This document shows positions 48,501 to 60,728 of a DNA stretch of 64,000 bases, one piece after another. The notes beneath the pieces were generated by a model, which did not search any database, was not told the origin of the DNA, and was given only the letters and a program-made list of their open reading frames with translations. Where the stretch lies: assembly GCA_013265495.1 (NCBI GenBank), contig MU061633.1, forward strand, positions 1,408,302-1,472,301, written 5' to 3'. A program made the position numbers and the translations under genes. This stretch comes from Vicugna vicugna (taxonomy: Eukaryota). The first letter of the stretch is position 1; each line of letters opens with the position of its first letter.

Positions 48501-51500
48501 AGATTCAGAAAGGTTAAATCACCCGCCCAAGTTCTCACAGCGGGTGGGTGTGATCCCATGTGGTGGGAGAGCGCAGACCCTCACCCTGTCCATGCTCCGC
48601 TGGGTTCTGCACGTGACGACCCAGTGATGCCCTTGGACATTCCCCTTCTCAGCAGTTGTTTCTTTGCCCGTGAATGTGGAGACGGGGAAGGCAGGCCGGC
48701 AGGTGGGCCCCCTCCGCCTGGTATGCCTCCTCGTCTGTCTACAGCGCGGAGCCCTGGTGTGCAGGGAGGGCCACCCCGCGCTCTGTCCCTGCCAGAACCC
48801 AGTGTCCACGGCACCCAGAATGGCCTGAGCATCACATCACTGAAGTCCTGCTACCATGATGAATTCAGCCATCTGTCTGGAGAGGCTGCGAAGCCAGGCT
48901 TTTGATCAGAAGACAGCTAGGCCTGTGGGCAAAGTTGGGTTTTGTGGGGACTTTTGATTTTTGAAGTGGCTTGTCATTAAACCTCACCTTCAGAGATCAC
49001 ACAAGTTGTTTATAACCTGCTTTCTAACAGAGCAACACATATTTTAACACAATTTAATAAAGAAACGAGGACAAAGGGAGAATAAAGGTAGCAACGTAAG
49101 ATAAAGTCCAGGAGTGTGATCTCTTCACAGAATGCATAACACGAGGTCACATACGGTGGCTGGAAATAGACCCAGGATCTGACCCTGAGGTTCTCAGTGG
49201 TGAGAGCAGAGGACAAAATGCAGCCAGTCATCCAGTTCGTGGTGGCCGCTGACTAAATCTCTTCTCACACGTGAGGTTCTTGTCATTCCTGTCCTAGAAC
49301 CTCCATCCTGTGTCGGGGATTCAGAGAAGTGTTTGCAGTGCACATCCTGGGCCGCCATCACGTGCACTGAACGAACTTTTGGGAAGCCCACGTTCTGATC
49401 CACGTCCCACCGACTCCTGTCTAAGGGACCCTGGGGATCACTTTCATTCCTTTGGCCACTGGGATTTAAAGTTTTATAAGCTTCTTGTTTTTAATGTAGA
49501 GCAGATAGAGGATGAAAAACTTTACCCCGAATTGATTCACTGCTCATATTTCAAGGCCAGAACTTCAGGTGAAAAGGGTCAGTATTTGAGGTGCCTGATC
49601 CGAGGCGCCCGCGCCTACTTCCTGAGAGCAGTTTGGCTTGTGGAACAGCCTTTGCTAGAGCCTTCCTACTCGTTCTTTTTCTTGGGTTTCCCGGGGTGTT
49701 TTCATGTTGGCTTCCCACCATGACCCTTGACCCCATTCCGCGTGCAGTTCCTGCCACGTGTAGATCGTTCCCTGTGTGCCAGGCGGTCTACGCTCGTTCG
49801 TACGTTACTGTGTTTCGCTGCCACAGCCATCCCCTGAGATCCGGACTGTCAGTGTCCCTGCTTTGCTGATGAGGAAATTGAACACAGGGGTCAAGTGACT
49901 TGCATAAGCTCACAGGTCCGGTAACTTCAGAGCTGAGATTTGAACCCGTTTCTGAGTCGGAGGCTCACCCAGTTATCCACGGTTCCAGAAGAGCCCCGGA
50001 GTCTGTGTGCCAAGCACTGCCAGGTGGTGTCCCTCCCCCACCCCGCCCTCATTCCACACTCTGGGCCACAGCTTCTGAGCTCTGGTGAGTGACCTCGAGT
50101 CTCAGCCACAGCTCTTTGAATTCCCTGCCTTACGTCTGTCTCCAGCATCCCCCTCCCAACACACCTGTATGTGTCCCAGGGTCCTCTCCCAAACTGCGCG
50201 GAGGGAGGAAAAAGGACCGAGCTGCTTCTGTGCTTTTGCTCCTCCGTCCAGCACTGTTTTATTTTGGGGGATTTTATCGAGCCCCACTTTCCTTCCTGCG
50301 CACGGCGGTGGCCTTTGCCTGATTCTGAGAAAGACGAGATACCTGGCCACGGGGTTGAGGGTGCTCTCCCACCCTGGTGTGCGAGAAGCTGGGCTGTGGG
50401 TGCGGGAGTGGGTGCCTCGGCTCTGCAGCCCTGTCTTCACTCCACAGCCCACGGAGACCGCTCTGGGCCTGGTGCGGGGCTGCAGAGGGGGTCAGGGGAA
50501 CAGGGCAGAGCCCTCGTCTGCGACATACTCACCCACTGAGTAAATAAACCGTCATTGTTTCTGCTCCGTTGCATCCGAGAGCTGGGAATGACATTACCAT
50601 TCATGTCAAGCTCCCCGTGGTCCAGCGCTGCTCTCCACACGCTGTGGTTTCCCTCGTGATGCTTGCGCCCATCTAGCAGAGGGGGTGCTGTTGTTCCCAT
50701 TTTATAGATGAGGGGACAGAGGCTTCGTAGGAAAAACAGTGCAATCAAAACTCACACCTGCTGGTCAGCGATACAACTAGAATTCAAAACCGGGCTTGTC
50801 TGACTCTAAATTTCTGCACCCTGACCATCCTCTGTGATCAGTGGTTGTAGGCTCGCAAGGGGGAGGGAGTGACCAAGTCTGGCTAGGGAAGAATTCTCAA
50901 AAAGTGACTTCAGAGGTCCTCTTTGAAGGTTGCAAAGACATTAACTACAGTGGGAGGGATAGGTGTTCCTGGGAGAAGGAACAGAATGGGCAAGGTTACA
51001 GAGGCGTGAAAACACACGGTCTTTGGAGAGCAGCCAGAGGAGAGGGTTAAATGAGGACACGCGACACTTGGGCAGTGAGTGTCAGCTCACCTGTGTGACA
51101 GCAGAGTGTGGACTTTTGTAGCCCTGTTGGTTTTGCTTTCAGTCTCAAGCATAGTAGGGTTAAGAATCACTGGTTTGGGGTGTTTTCTGCCTGGAAAGGG
51201 AATTAGCAGAAGCAACAGTTTATTCCCCTAACAGAGACATTTCTTTGTCATTCTGGTTGTTATGGCCCATTTAAGTCTGAAAGTATGGGATTTGATATCC
51301 AGCCCTGAAGACTCATGTTGGGATCTGTGTAGAAAAGAGATGCCTGCCTTAAAGGCGGATGTCGTGAGAGGCTGCCAGAGACGTCCTTCGGTATTAAGTC
51401 ACAGACTGTGGAAATCTACTGATGGCTAGGAGGAGAGTCTTACCAAAATAAAGCTCATTGTGAACGTCTTCGGCCCTAGTAAAGCCAGTTGAGCTTGCTT

Positions 51501-53102
51501 CTTCTTGTCTCAATGTCCTCGAGTTAGCAGACATTCTGTCCCAGAGTCCCATCTTAGCACCCTGCCAGCTTCTCCCTGTCCAGTAGGTTAGTGGGACTGG
51601 GGTGGGAGGGGAGAGTGTGGTCATTCAGCGCAGACCCTGGAGGCGGGCTGCCTGGCCTTGTATCCCAGCACTGACCCTTGCCACCTGCTTGACCTTGGAC
51701 TTGGCTTTACTTCTTTATTTCTTATATAAACTGGAAGGCAGTCATGCTATGTATCTCACAGACATAATGACCGTGAGGTACTTAGCACAGTACCTCACTC
51801 ACAGTAAGTGCTCAATACACAATAGTTGCTGTTGTTAATGTTATTGGGGGTGTCGCGATGGGTTAATGAAAAGCGCATGCGCTTGTGTACAGGGCTTCTA
51901 GGTACATTGTGCAGCCGTGTGACCTGCAGCCATTGGTCCACGTGACCTCACCTCCCCATCTTTCAAATGAGGAGGGGGCGGGCTCCTCCTGCTGTGTCGG
52001 GGCGCCTGTGGGTGCAGTGGGCGTTGATCCAGGTCCTTGCTCGGCTCCGCCTCTTCACCCTCCCCTAAGCCAGCCCATCAGTGGCCCCCACCCCCGGGAG
52101 GTACTGCTGGCATCCAGGAAGGGGAGGGGGCCTCTGCCAGAGGAGGAGCACTTAGAGTGTCCAGGGCAGTCTCTGGGAGTGCAGGCGGGAGAAGGGAGTG
52201 GCACCCCAGCGACAGCACTGCCCTGAGGGTTCCCGGGGTGCCTGGTGCTTGGGCTTCTCCAGTGTGGACTGAGAGGAAGAGCCCACTTTGATTCTGTCCA
52301 GTCTCCCTGTCTCTCCTGGACAAGTGCACGGATCTGGCCTTGCTGCTCCCCTGCTGGAAAGTGCTTCAGTGTCCAGGGCCCCCCAGAGACCACGTTTCCT
52401 GCCCCTCTGACCCGGCAGCTTTAGACACTGCTTCCTCCTCGTGTTCACAGCACCCAGCCCAGTTCAACACCTGTCTCCCTCCTCGCGACCAGTACAGCCT
52501 CGTGCGTGTGCCCCTCGCAGTCCGGATCACAAACTCTGCACAGCAGCAGTGTTTTATTTGCTTCCGGGCGTCCTGCTCCACTGTTGTGCCTTGCACGTAG
52601 TAGCTGATTAATAAACGTTCATGTCTGAATGAAAGATGAGTAAGTTAAGTGGCTGAGGGCCTTGCCAGCAGATGGCCAGCTACCGTCACCCTGCTGAGTA
52701 CTAGTGTCCACACGCGTGTGCATGCACACGCACACACCCCCTGTGGGTTGTGTGCTTCTTCTGAATCTGGTTCCTTGGTTCCCAGTGGCGGTCCTCCGGC
52801 ATGGGACCCTTGGGTGAACTTGGAATCTTGCTCTTCTCCCCACCCCACCCCGACCTGTGACCTTGGAGGCCTTTCAGGGAGCAGGCCACCCATCATTTTA
52901 ACATTTAATAGCAGCAAAAGCATCGTCAAGGCCCAAGCCAGGGCTTCGTTTTGCTTTATTGTAATGTCAGAAATGCACAGTGCTCCAGCGTGAGTCTTCT
53001 CAATTCCTTTCTGGAATCCGAAGGTTCTGCCTGACCTTGTGTCCCCACATTCCGGTTCCTGTCTGAAAATGCAGCTTTTCACGTTTGATTTTTTCCCCCT
53101 AG

Positions 53103-53172
53103 GTAACGACGTGGGTCCATCGTCATCCAGTAAGACCACAAACAAGTTTGAGGGCCTGTCCCAGCAGTCGAG
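53103..53172 (+). CDS. ASAP1: ASAP1 exon: (G)NDVGPSSSSKTTNKFEGLSQQS(S)
   Basis: ttccccctag|GTAAC...TCGAG|gtgagc; 70 nt, phase 1->2. Confidence 0.96.
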
Positions 53173-55505
53173 GTGAGCTGTCTCTGGCGTCCTCTCCCGG
53201 GGGGCTTGCAGTGGCCGGGGACAGAGTTACAGAAACGGGTTTGCGTAGCCGTCTGCTCCGGGCCACTGTGATTGTGACGAGAACTGAGTGTGCGCCCTGT
53301 TTGCACTGCCCTGTCCCAGGCAGTGCCCGCAGCCAAGCAGGGTCTGCAGACCGTGCTTCTGATGAGCACCACCGTCCTCCATCCAGGTTCCGGGGGGAAC
53401 AGACCTCACTTCCGTGTGGGTCACAGAGCTCGCCAGAATGAGTTTTTATTGTTGATTTTTCGATTAAGTCGTGTTGTTCTGTTACTTTCCCTCTTGACTC
53501 CATCCTGCAGACTTGGGAATAAAAAGATAATCCTCAGGGAAACCCAATTGCCTTGAGATTTTCAAACATAAAAATATGATTCTTTTCACGGTCCCTATTT
53601 GTAAGGTTTTTCAGGCTAGGCTAAAAGGGTGGGGAGTAAGGGGTGTCCTTTTCCTCCCTCCCCTCACTGAAGTAAGATGCTTTGGAAGATCTTCTGTGGG
53701 CATCATGTATTCAGTCCCATCGCAGAGGATTTTCTCCAGAGGTGGATCCAGATGAGGACACAGGAGCCACTTCCCGACCCACAGGCTCAGGGGGGCGGAG
53801 TCAGCTGGCACGTGGGGTTTGTTTTCCAGAGTTTATCAAAGCCAAAAACAGCATCCTCATTTCTTTCAATGCCACCGTCTTAATCTTTACGACCCTGCGA
53901 GGGAGCGCAGTCACTGTTCCCCTCGGTTCTACAAGGGTTCAGACGACAGAGAGCCCCAAGCAGTTCAGTGGCGGCAGATGGCAGAGGTGGTTCTCCAGGC
54001 ACCGAGTCCCAGTGCCTGGCCCCCCGGGCCTGCCCTTAGCCCTCAGCACCCCATCACCCTGCCCTGGGGACTCTAACCCCTGCCAGTGGTCTTCCTCCAG
54101 AGTAGGGGGAGCGGCTTGCAGGGAGAAAGTGCCCACAAGATGTTTTTTACATGGAATCAAGCCCCCCACACGCACACATACGTGTGTGTACACACACCAG
54201 CAGCAGCATAGGAGGAGGCCCAGGCCCACGCACGCGTGGGTCCACCCGGGGCCTCCTGGGTGAGGCATTTCCGAGCCTCTGGCTTGGCCTCAGTAACTCG
54301 GTTGGGATACCACTGAGCTCACAGCCGTGATTGGCAGGTGTGCTTCCCTGAGAAGATGCTAAGGCAGAAACTCACACTCCAGAGATGTTCAAAGCAGCCT
54401 CTCGTCTTCACAGTGTCTAGTTCAGTAGGGGCTTTATCTCCACAGTCATCGCCTCCGGTAGCCCCAGGGCGGTAGGATTTCAGGGGAGCTGAAGAAAGAG
54501 CAGTTAAGACCACGGGTGACTTGTGGGCCAGGGTGGAGGCACATGCATTCCGTCTTCCTTGTTGGACTCTGTTTCCTGTTTGGGTGGTTTGGCTTTTCCT
54601 GTCCTTTTAAATGCAGTTAGGATGGGAAGAAGGGGGCAAAGCCAGTTCTGAGGGCATCACAGGACAGAAGAGGATAAACGAGGTAACAAAAGGGACTCTT
54701 GGCAGATACGAGTCCGGCGCTTGGCTGCTGTTGCCGTTTGGGTCTGCGGTGCTCCTGGTGTCCCTGAGACTAGTTAGAACCTCTGGTTAAAGGAAAAGGG
54801 TGGGTTCCAGCTAAGAGATGCCACGTGCAGCACTCAGCGCTGGCCTTTCAGTGGTGACGGGTGTGGGGATTCACACGATTGTCCGACGACTTGGGGCAGC
54901 TTCTGGGCTTTTCCCTCTGCTCATTACAAGTCATCCAGAAGGCGGGAAAAAGCTCAGGGAGAGTCCGGAGGCCTGACACCCAAGCTGTTTGTTCTGGTGC
55001 AAGGAGACGATGAGGGGTCGGGAGTAACAGAGCTGGGTCCGAATTTCCAGCTCCGCCACTGACCAGCCTGGGGGCCGTCTGCCCATCACTGAAGCTGTGG
55101 AGGCTCTGGTTTCGTCCTGTGAAAACGGAGATGCAGGAGTCACACTGTGGGCCCACATGAGATGAGTTCCTTGTGGGTGATGCTCGGGAGCCACAGCCTG
55201 CAGTGAGCCAGGCGCTCTTCTAAGCCTCCAGGGAGAGGTTTCAAGGAGAGGAGGAGTTAGGCGTTACCATTTAGCAGGTTGACTGGGGGTTTTGTTTTTG
55301 CTTTTGTTTTGTTTTTCCCCTTTACTTGTTCCTTCCCAGGCAGGCAAACTTTGAATGAGGGAAAATAGAAAATAAAATTTGAGAGAAATTTTGAAAGCAT
55401 TTTTAGATAGATAATTCTTTACACTCCTATGGTTTCCTTGAATAATCCATCTCTATTGATTTTTGGCACTTTGAGATCCTAAATGATTCTTATTTATTAA
55501 ACTAG

Positions 55506-55564
55506 CACCGGTTCTGCAAAGACTGCCCTTGGCCCAAGAGTTCTTCCTAAACTACCTCAGAAAG
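55506..55564 (+). CDS. ASAP1: ASAP1 exon: (S)TGSAKTALGPRVLPKLPQK(V)
   Basis: taaactag|CACC...CAGAAAG|gtaaga; 59 nt, phase 2->1. Confidence 0.95.
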
Positions 55565-56329
55565 GTAAGATTCACCTTTTTCATATTTGCATGTAATTAG
55601 AGTGGCCCTGTCCCCAAGGGGACATCTGTCTCTTTTGGTCACTACTCTGTCCCCGATGCTCAGGGCAGCATCTGGCATGTGGAAGATGCTTCCTTAATGT
55701 TTGTTCAATGAAGAAAAATATGAGCTCAAATTCTGTGATTAACCAAACACCAAACTTTTCCTTGAAAAACACAGTGCCTTTTCAGACGATACAGGGTTAG
55801 AATCCCCAGATACTGTTTCTTCTCCTGCACACATGATCAGAGAGGCCTAGGACCCAGGACCACCTCTGCCACTTACTAGCCCTGTGGCCCGGGCAGGGGA
55901 CTCAGGCTTCACTAAGCCACAGATTCCTTCCCTGTAAATGAGGCCAGGACACCTACCTCACCAGGTTTCGTAAGGACGTAATGAGATCATGCTTCAGAAA
56001 GTCTGGATTTTGCTGACTGCCATCGTTTAACATGTTCCTCTGTCCTCTGTCGGTTGGAAGTTGGACCAAAAGACCTGATTAGATGTAAGTTCAGGCTTTA
56101 GCAAGACTCCTGCCCTGGTGGTGCTGTGTTCCTCTCTCAAGAGGGACATGCCATCCGATTATCTCTGGGTGACGCTGGCAACTGCTGACATTCAAAGCCA
56201 AGACCCATTCATGTATCCTCAGTTGAAACCACCCCCACGCGGCCGTGGGCCAGTGGTCAGGCTGGGCCGTTGCTGTACTCAGCTGGTCCGCAGCTTTTGA
56301 CCTCGGCTGGTAGCTCTTTCTCGCTGAAA

Positions 56330-57000
56330 CACTCTGCACTTGGCCTGTGGGCACCATCCTGTCCTTACGGCACAGACAGTCCCTGCTGCCCTCCCGTGCT
56401 GGCCCCTCCGCCTGTCCTCAGCCTCCAGAGGTTGGCAGGGTCTTGGTCACCTCTCTTCTGAAGCTGCCCTCACTCCCTAGGCGGCCCACCTTGGCATCTC
56501 CACGTCTGTATATCCAGCCCGGGTGTCCCTCCATAATCTAAGCTCACGCACCACAGCCGGTGTAACATCCCTGCTCAGGTGTCTTATAGGCGTCTCAGCC
56601 TGAAGTTCTGAATGCACTTCTGCTCCTTTTCCCTGTCTGTTACAGGCAGTATTGTCAAGGTCCAGGAGTTTGGGCCTTAAAACCAACGAGAGAAACTCAG
56701 CTCCATCCCTCCTCACGTGCCCCACGCCCGTGCCTCCACACATACTGTTGGCTCTCCCTTCGTTATATCTTAAAATCCAGACACTTCTCACCGTGTCCAC
56801 CGCTCTTGTGTGGTCTCAGTGATCATCATCCCTTGTCTGGACTATTGCAGCCTCTTTCCTGATCTGCCTTCCTCCACCGTGGCCCTGCAGTCTTTTGTCA
56901 GCAGAGCAGCCAGGGTGATCTGTGTTAAGTCGGGTCACTCCTGTCCCTCCCATCCAGTGGTTCCCTGTCTCACCTGGGCAAAAAGAAGCATCCCCAGGTG
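56330..57000 (+). mobile_element. L2 fragment (approximate ends)
   Basis: aaaatccagacacttctcacc...atcatcccttgtctggactattgcagcctc, a sense L2 body motif. Confidence 0.6.
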
Positions 57001-59623
57001 TGTTTCTGAGCCTCCTCAGCTGGAGGCAGGGGGCATCTGTGATGTCGAGAGGGAGGGAGCAGCAGCTCCGTCTCCTGTCCTCCCCTCCCCCCTACCCTCT
57101 CCCCGTGGACTGTCCTGGCCACCCTTCACTCTTTTTCTCTCCCAAGCATCACCCATTTTTGAAATCCTTTGGACACCTTTAAAAGGCTTAATCTTTCTCA
57201 GCTGGAGACAGACTGCTGCACAGAGCCATTTTTTTTTACTGAGTTGTAAAGGGCAATGTTACAGAACCTGAACAAAGTCACCATAATTCTGGACTGTGTG
57301 CAGCTCCCTGGGCCCTTCCATCCTTCCATAGTTGTCACCATGATGTGGCCTGGTTTTCCCACTCACCATTTGAGCATACGTACTTCTCCCAGGTTCATGA
57401 GCGCTTCGTGAGTGTGGGTAGGCTGCGTGCTCTTCTTCCTTTACTCGGCGTCTCCTTTGTTGGAAATGTGGGCTGGGAGTGTGAGGGCTCTTCCCTTCTC
57501 TGCCTCCTCCTCCTCCTCCTCAGTTACGTCCTTAGAGTCTTTTCTCGAGACCAGAACCGTCGTAGCCGAGGGGAGGGTGGCTCAGCGGTCCCCATCCCGG
57601 GTTGCTTTGCAAAGTGCTGTGTCCGTTTGTTTCCGCCCGGTCCTGCCTGCATGAACCAGCTGCACCATAACCTCCCAGGTTTTCGCAGGGGGTGGAATTC
57701 TGTTTTGTTCTTGGTGTGCCTGACTCCAGCAGTGTACTCTGTAGAGTCCAACCTGGGGGAGAAATTTGCTTGTCCGCCCTTCAAAGGTAAGAATGCAGAT
57801 CAGAAAGGACTTTTAATTAGAGAGGGGAAAGCACAAAATCAGCTGGGAAATAAAATAGCCAGAGATTGAGCAGGCTTCCCTAGAGGAGAGCCTGTCTCCT
57901 TTCTTACTTCTTCTACTTATAAAAATAGTATATATTCATTCCAGAAGATTTTAAAAATACAGATGAGCAAAAAGAGGAAAATATAAACCGCTTGAAGTCT
58001 TACCACCCAAGACAATTTGGTTTGTCCTTTCAGTCTTTTTCCTGTGCTTTTTCAAAGTTACTATTTAAGCTGATTTTTGTTGCATGATAAATCAAGAACA
58101 TTTTCCATGACATAAATTACATAACAGCGTGACTTTTACTGGCTGCATATTATTCCACTGACTGATACGGTGACGTGATAAGCAGTCCTTCCTCTTCCAC
58201 AGTCACCCAGTTCATGGTTTTTTCTATAACACAATGCTGTGCTCAGCTGCAGCACCGGCATCTTGGTGCCTGGCTTTGATCCCTTTTTGAGATAAATCCC
58301 TACAATCGGATTTGCATGTTTTGAGGGTTTGGGCTGCCCAGCATTTATAGTTCCTCTTCCCCCTGAGGGTGGCTCACAGTTAGGCTTTCCAGGCCCACTG
58401 CCTCAGGGACTCCCCCAGCCTCTCCCTCACCAGTGCAAGCCTCGGACTTTTGTTTACCCCAGCTTCCAACTTCCACGGGAGGAATCTGATCCACCTACTG
58501 TCACTTTTTGAGCCAAGCCACATCGGCCGAAGCTCAAGGGCCAGCCAGGGAGCAAGATGCCCTTAAATTTGATTTCCTTAGGAAAGGACATGGCTGGATG
58601 GGCCATGAGCAGAAACAGCTGCACTACAGCTTGTGACAATTTATGACACTGGGGTTTGTCGTTTCTTTCTTATTTAAAAATAAAATTTTAAGAATATCTT
58701 TCTGAATGTGTTGTATTTTGAGAATAAAATTCTCAGTTTGACTCACTCAGTGTGCCTTAGTCAGCCGTGTCCTCACTGAGCACATACTATGTCCCTGAGG
58801 AGTCCTGGCCTCAAGCAACCTTGCCTCACAAGAAAGATAATACTGTGATAAAATACGTAGAGCCTGCCAGGTCCTATTGGCAAATTCTTTGCATATATCA
58901 GCTTATGTTTTAGAGATAAGGAAGATGAGGCACAGAGAGGTTGTATTATCTGCTCAGGGTGACACAGCTAGTAAGTAAGTGGTGGAGCCCGACTTGGAAA
59001 CATTTCCTCAAGGTCCCAAGTTCCACTGGATAGCACTGTGCAAAGAGCTCTGGAGATGTTTGGACAAATTGCAGAATCTCAGTGCCATGGAGTCCCACGC
59101 AGCTGTTAAAGAGGCGAAGGAGGAACTGACTTAGAATTCTCCCAAACATATTAATTGGGAAAAAAGCCAAAAAAAGTTGCAGACAGTGTATGTATTGTAA
59201 TCCCACTTACGGTTAAGAGAGAATTCATAAGTACACGCATGTGTATAACCAAAAAGGAACAGAGTTTACCTCAAAGGGGTGGTGGGCGAGGGTGGTGAGA
59301 GGAGAAACCTTTTACCTCTTACATGGTGCATGAATCATATAAAATGTGGGGGATTAATAATAAATTTTGATACCACTTTGGAATGGAATAGAATGCAACA
59401 TTTAAAATTAGGTACCGTTAGTAAAGAATTACTATTAGTGTGGCAAATACTCTTGCTAAAATAATGTATAGATGAAAGTAGATAAATGTTTTATTTATGG
59501 AAAACAAAAGACATACAGAAGAAAATAATATCAAAATATTTTAAATGGCTACACTTAGCTGATAGACTTATGGAAAACTTTTCCTTTAACTCTTTACTTA
59601 TCAATTTTCTGTAATCTGTTTAT

Positions 59624-60038
59624 ATTTTTTTATTGAAGTGTCTTTGATTTACAGTGTTGAGCTAGTTTCTGGTGTACAACATAGTGATTCAGTTGTATAC
59701 ACACATATACATATACTTTTTCAAACTCTTTTTCATTTTAGGTTATTGACTATAGTTCCCTGTGCTATCTAGTAGGACCTTGTTGTTCATCTACTTTATA
59801 TATAGTAGTTTGTATCTGCTAATCCCAGACTCCTAATTTACCCCTCCCGCACCATTCCCATTTGGTAACCATGAGTTTGTTTTCTACCTCTGTGAGTCTG
59901 TTTCTGTTTTATAGATAAATCCATTTGTATCATTTTTTTAGATTCCACATAAAAGTGATACCATATGATACTTATCTTTCTCTGTCTGTCTTAACTTCGA
60001 CTAATAGAGTAATCTCTAGGCCCATCCATGTTGCTGTA
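59624..60038 (-). mobile_element. LINE-1 3'UTR fragment
   Basis: ttattgaagtg..gatttacagtgttg..tttctggtgtacaacatagtgattc...ttccacat..aagtgata...ccatccatgttgctg; same family pattern as 8991-9406. Confidence 0.85.
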
Positions 60039-60249
60039 AGGCATGAAATCATTTGTTGTAAGGTTGATGCCTCCCAGCCTTCCACCTTGCATTTAAAAAA
60101 AAAGGCTGTCCGTGCGGGGTCTGGCCTGGGCGCTGCATCCAGGGCGCTCACCCTGGGTCAGTTCTCTTCCGCATGACCACGAAGGAGGGCAGCCCTCCCC
60201 CCAGCACATCTCCTTCCAGTGACCCCCTCTTTGTGCTTACTACCTCCAG

Positions 60250-60728
60250 TGGCACTAAGGAAAACAGAAACCAGCCATCATCTCTCCCTTGACAAATCCA
60301 GCGTCCCACCTGAAATCTTCCAGAAATCATCACAGTTGGCAGAGTTACCGCAAAAGCCACCACCTGGAGACCTGCCCCCAAAGCCCACGGAACTGGCTCC
60401 CAAACCCCAGATTGGAGACTTGCCACCCAAGCCAGGAGAGCTGCCCCCCAAGCCGCAGCTGGGTGACCTGCCCCCCAAGCCCCAGCTCTCAGACTTGCCT
60501 CCCAAGCCGCAGATGAAGGACCTGCCACCCAAGCCGCAGCTGGGAGACCTGCTGGCCAAACCCCAAACGGGAGACGCCTCGCCCAAGGCTCAACCGCCCG
60601 AGCTCACCCCCAAGTCACACCCAGCGGAGCTGTCCTCGCTCGTCCAGAAGCAAGCCTCCGAAGACGCCAACGACCTCACGCCCACCCTGCCGGAGACCCC
60701 TGTGCCGCTACCCAGGAAGATCAACACG
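60250..60728 (+). CDS. ASAP1: ASAP1 exon: (V)ALRKTETSHHLSLDK...(E/D)LPPKP repeats...PETPVPLPRKINT
   Basis: acctccag|TGGCA...AACACG|gtgggt; 479 nt, phase 1->0; hallmark LPPKP repeats. Confidence 0.97.
60342..60566 (+). repeat. Coding tandem repeat: about nine degenerate (E/D)LPPKP(Q) units
   Basis: ELPQKP, DLPPKP, ELAPKP, DLPPKP, ELPPKP, DLPPKP x3, DLLAKP; units of 21-27 nt. Confidence 0.93.

Noticed and set aside
53682-54268. 193-aa plus-strand and 109-aa minus-strand intronic ORFs
   Set aside because: Low-complexity GC-rich intron, no domain, no splice context.
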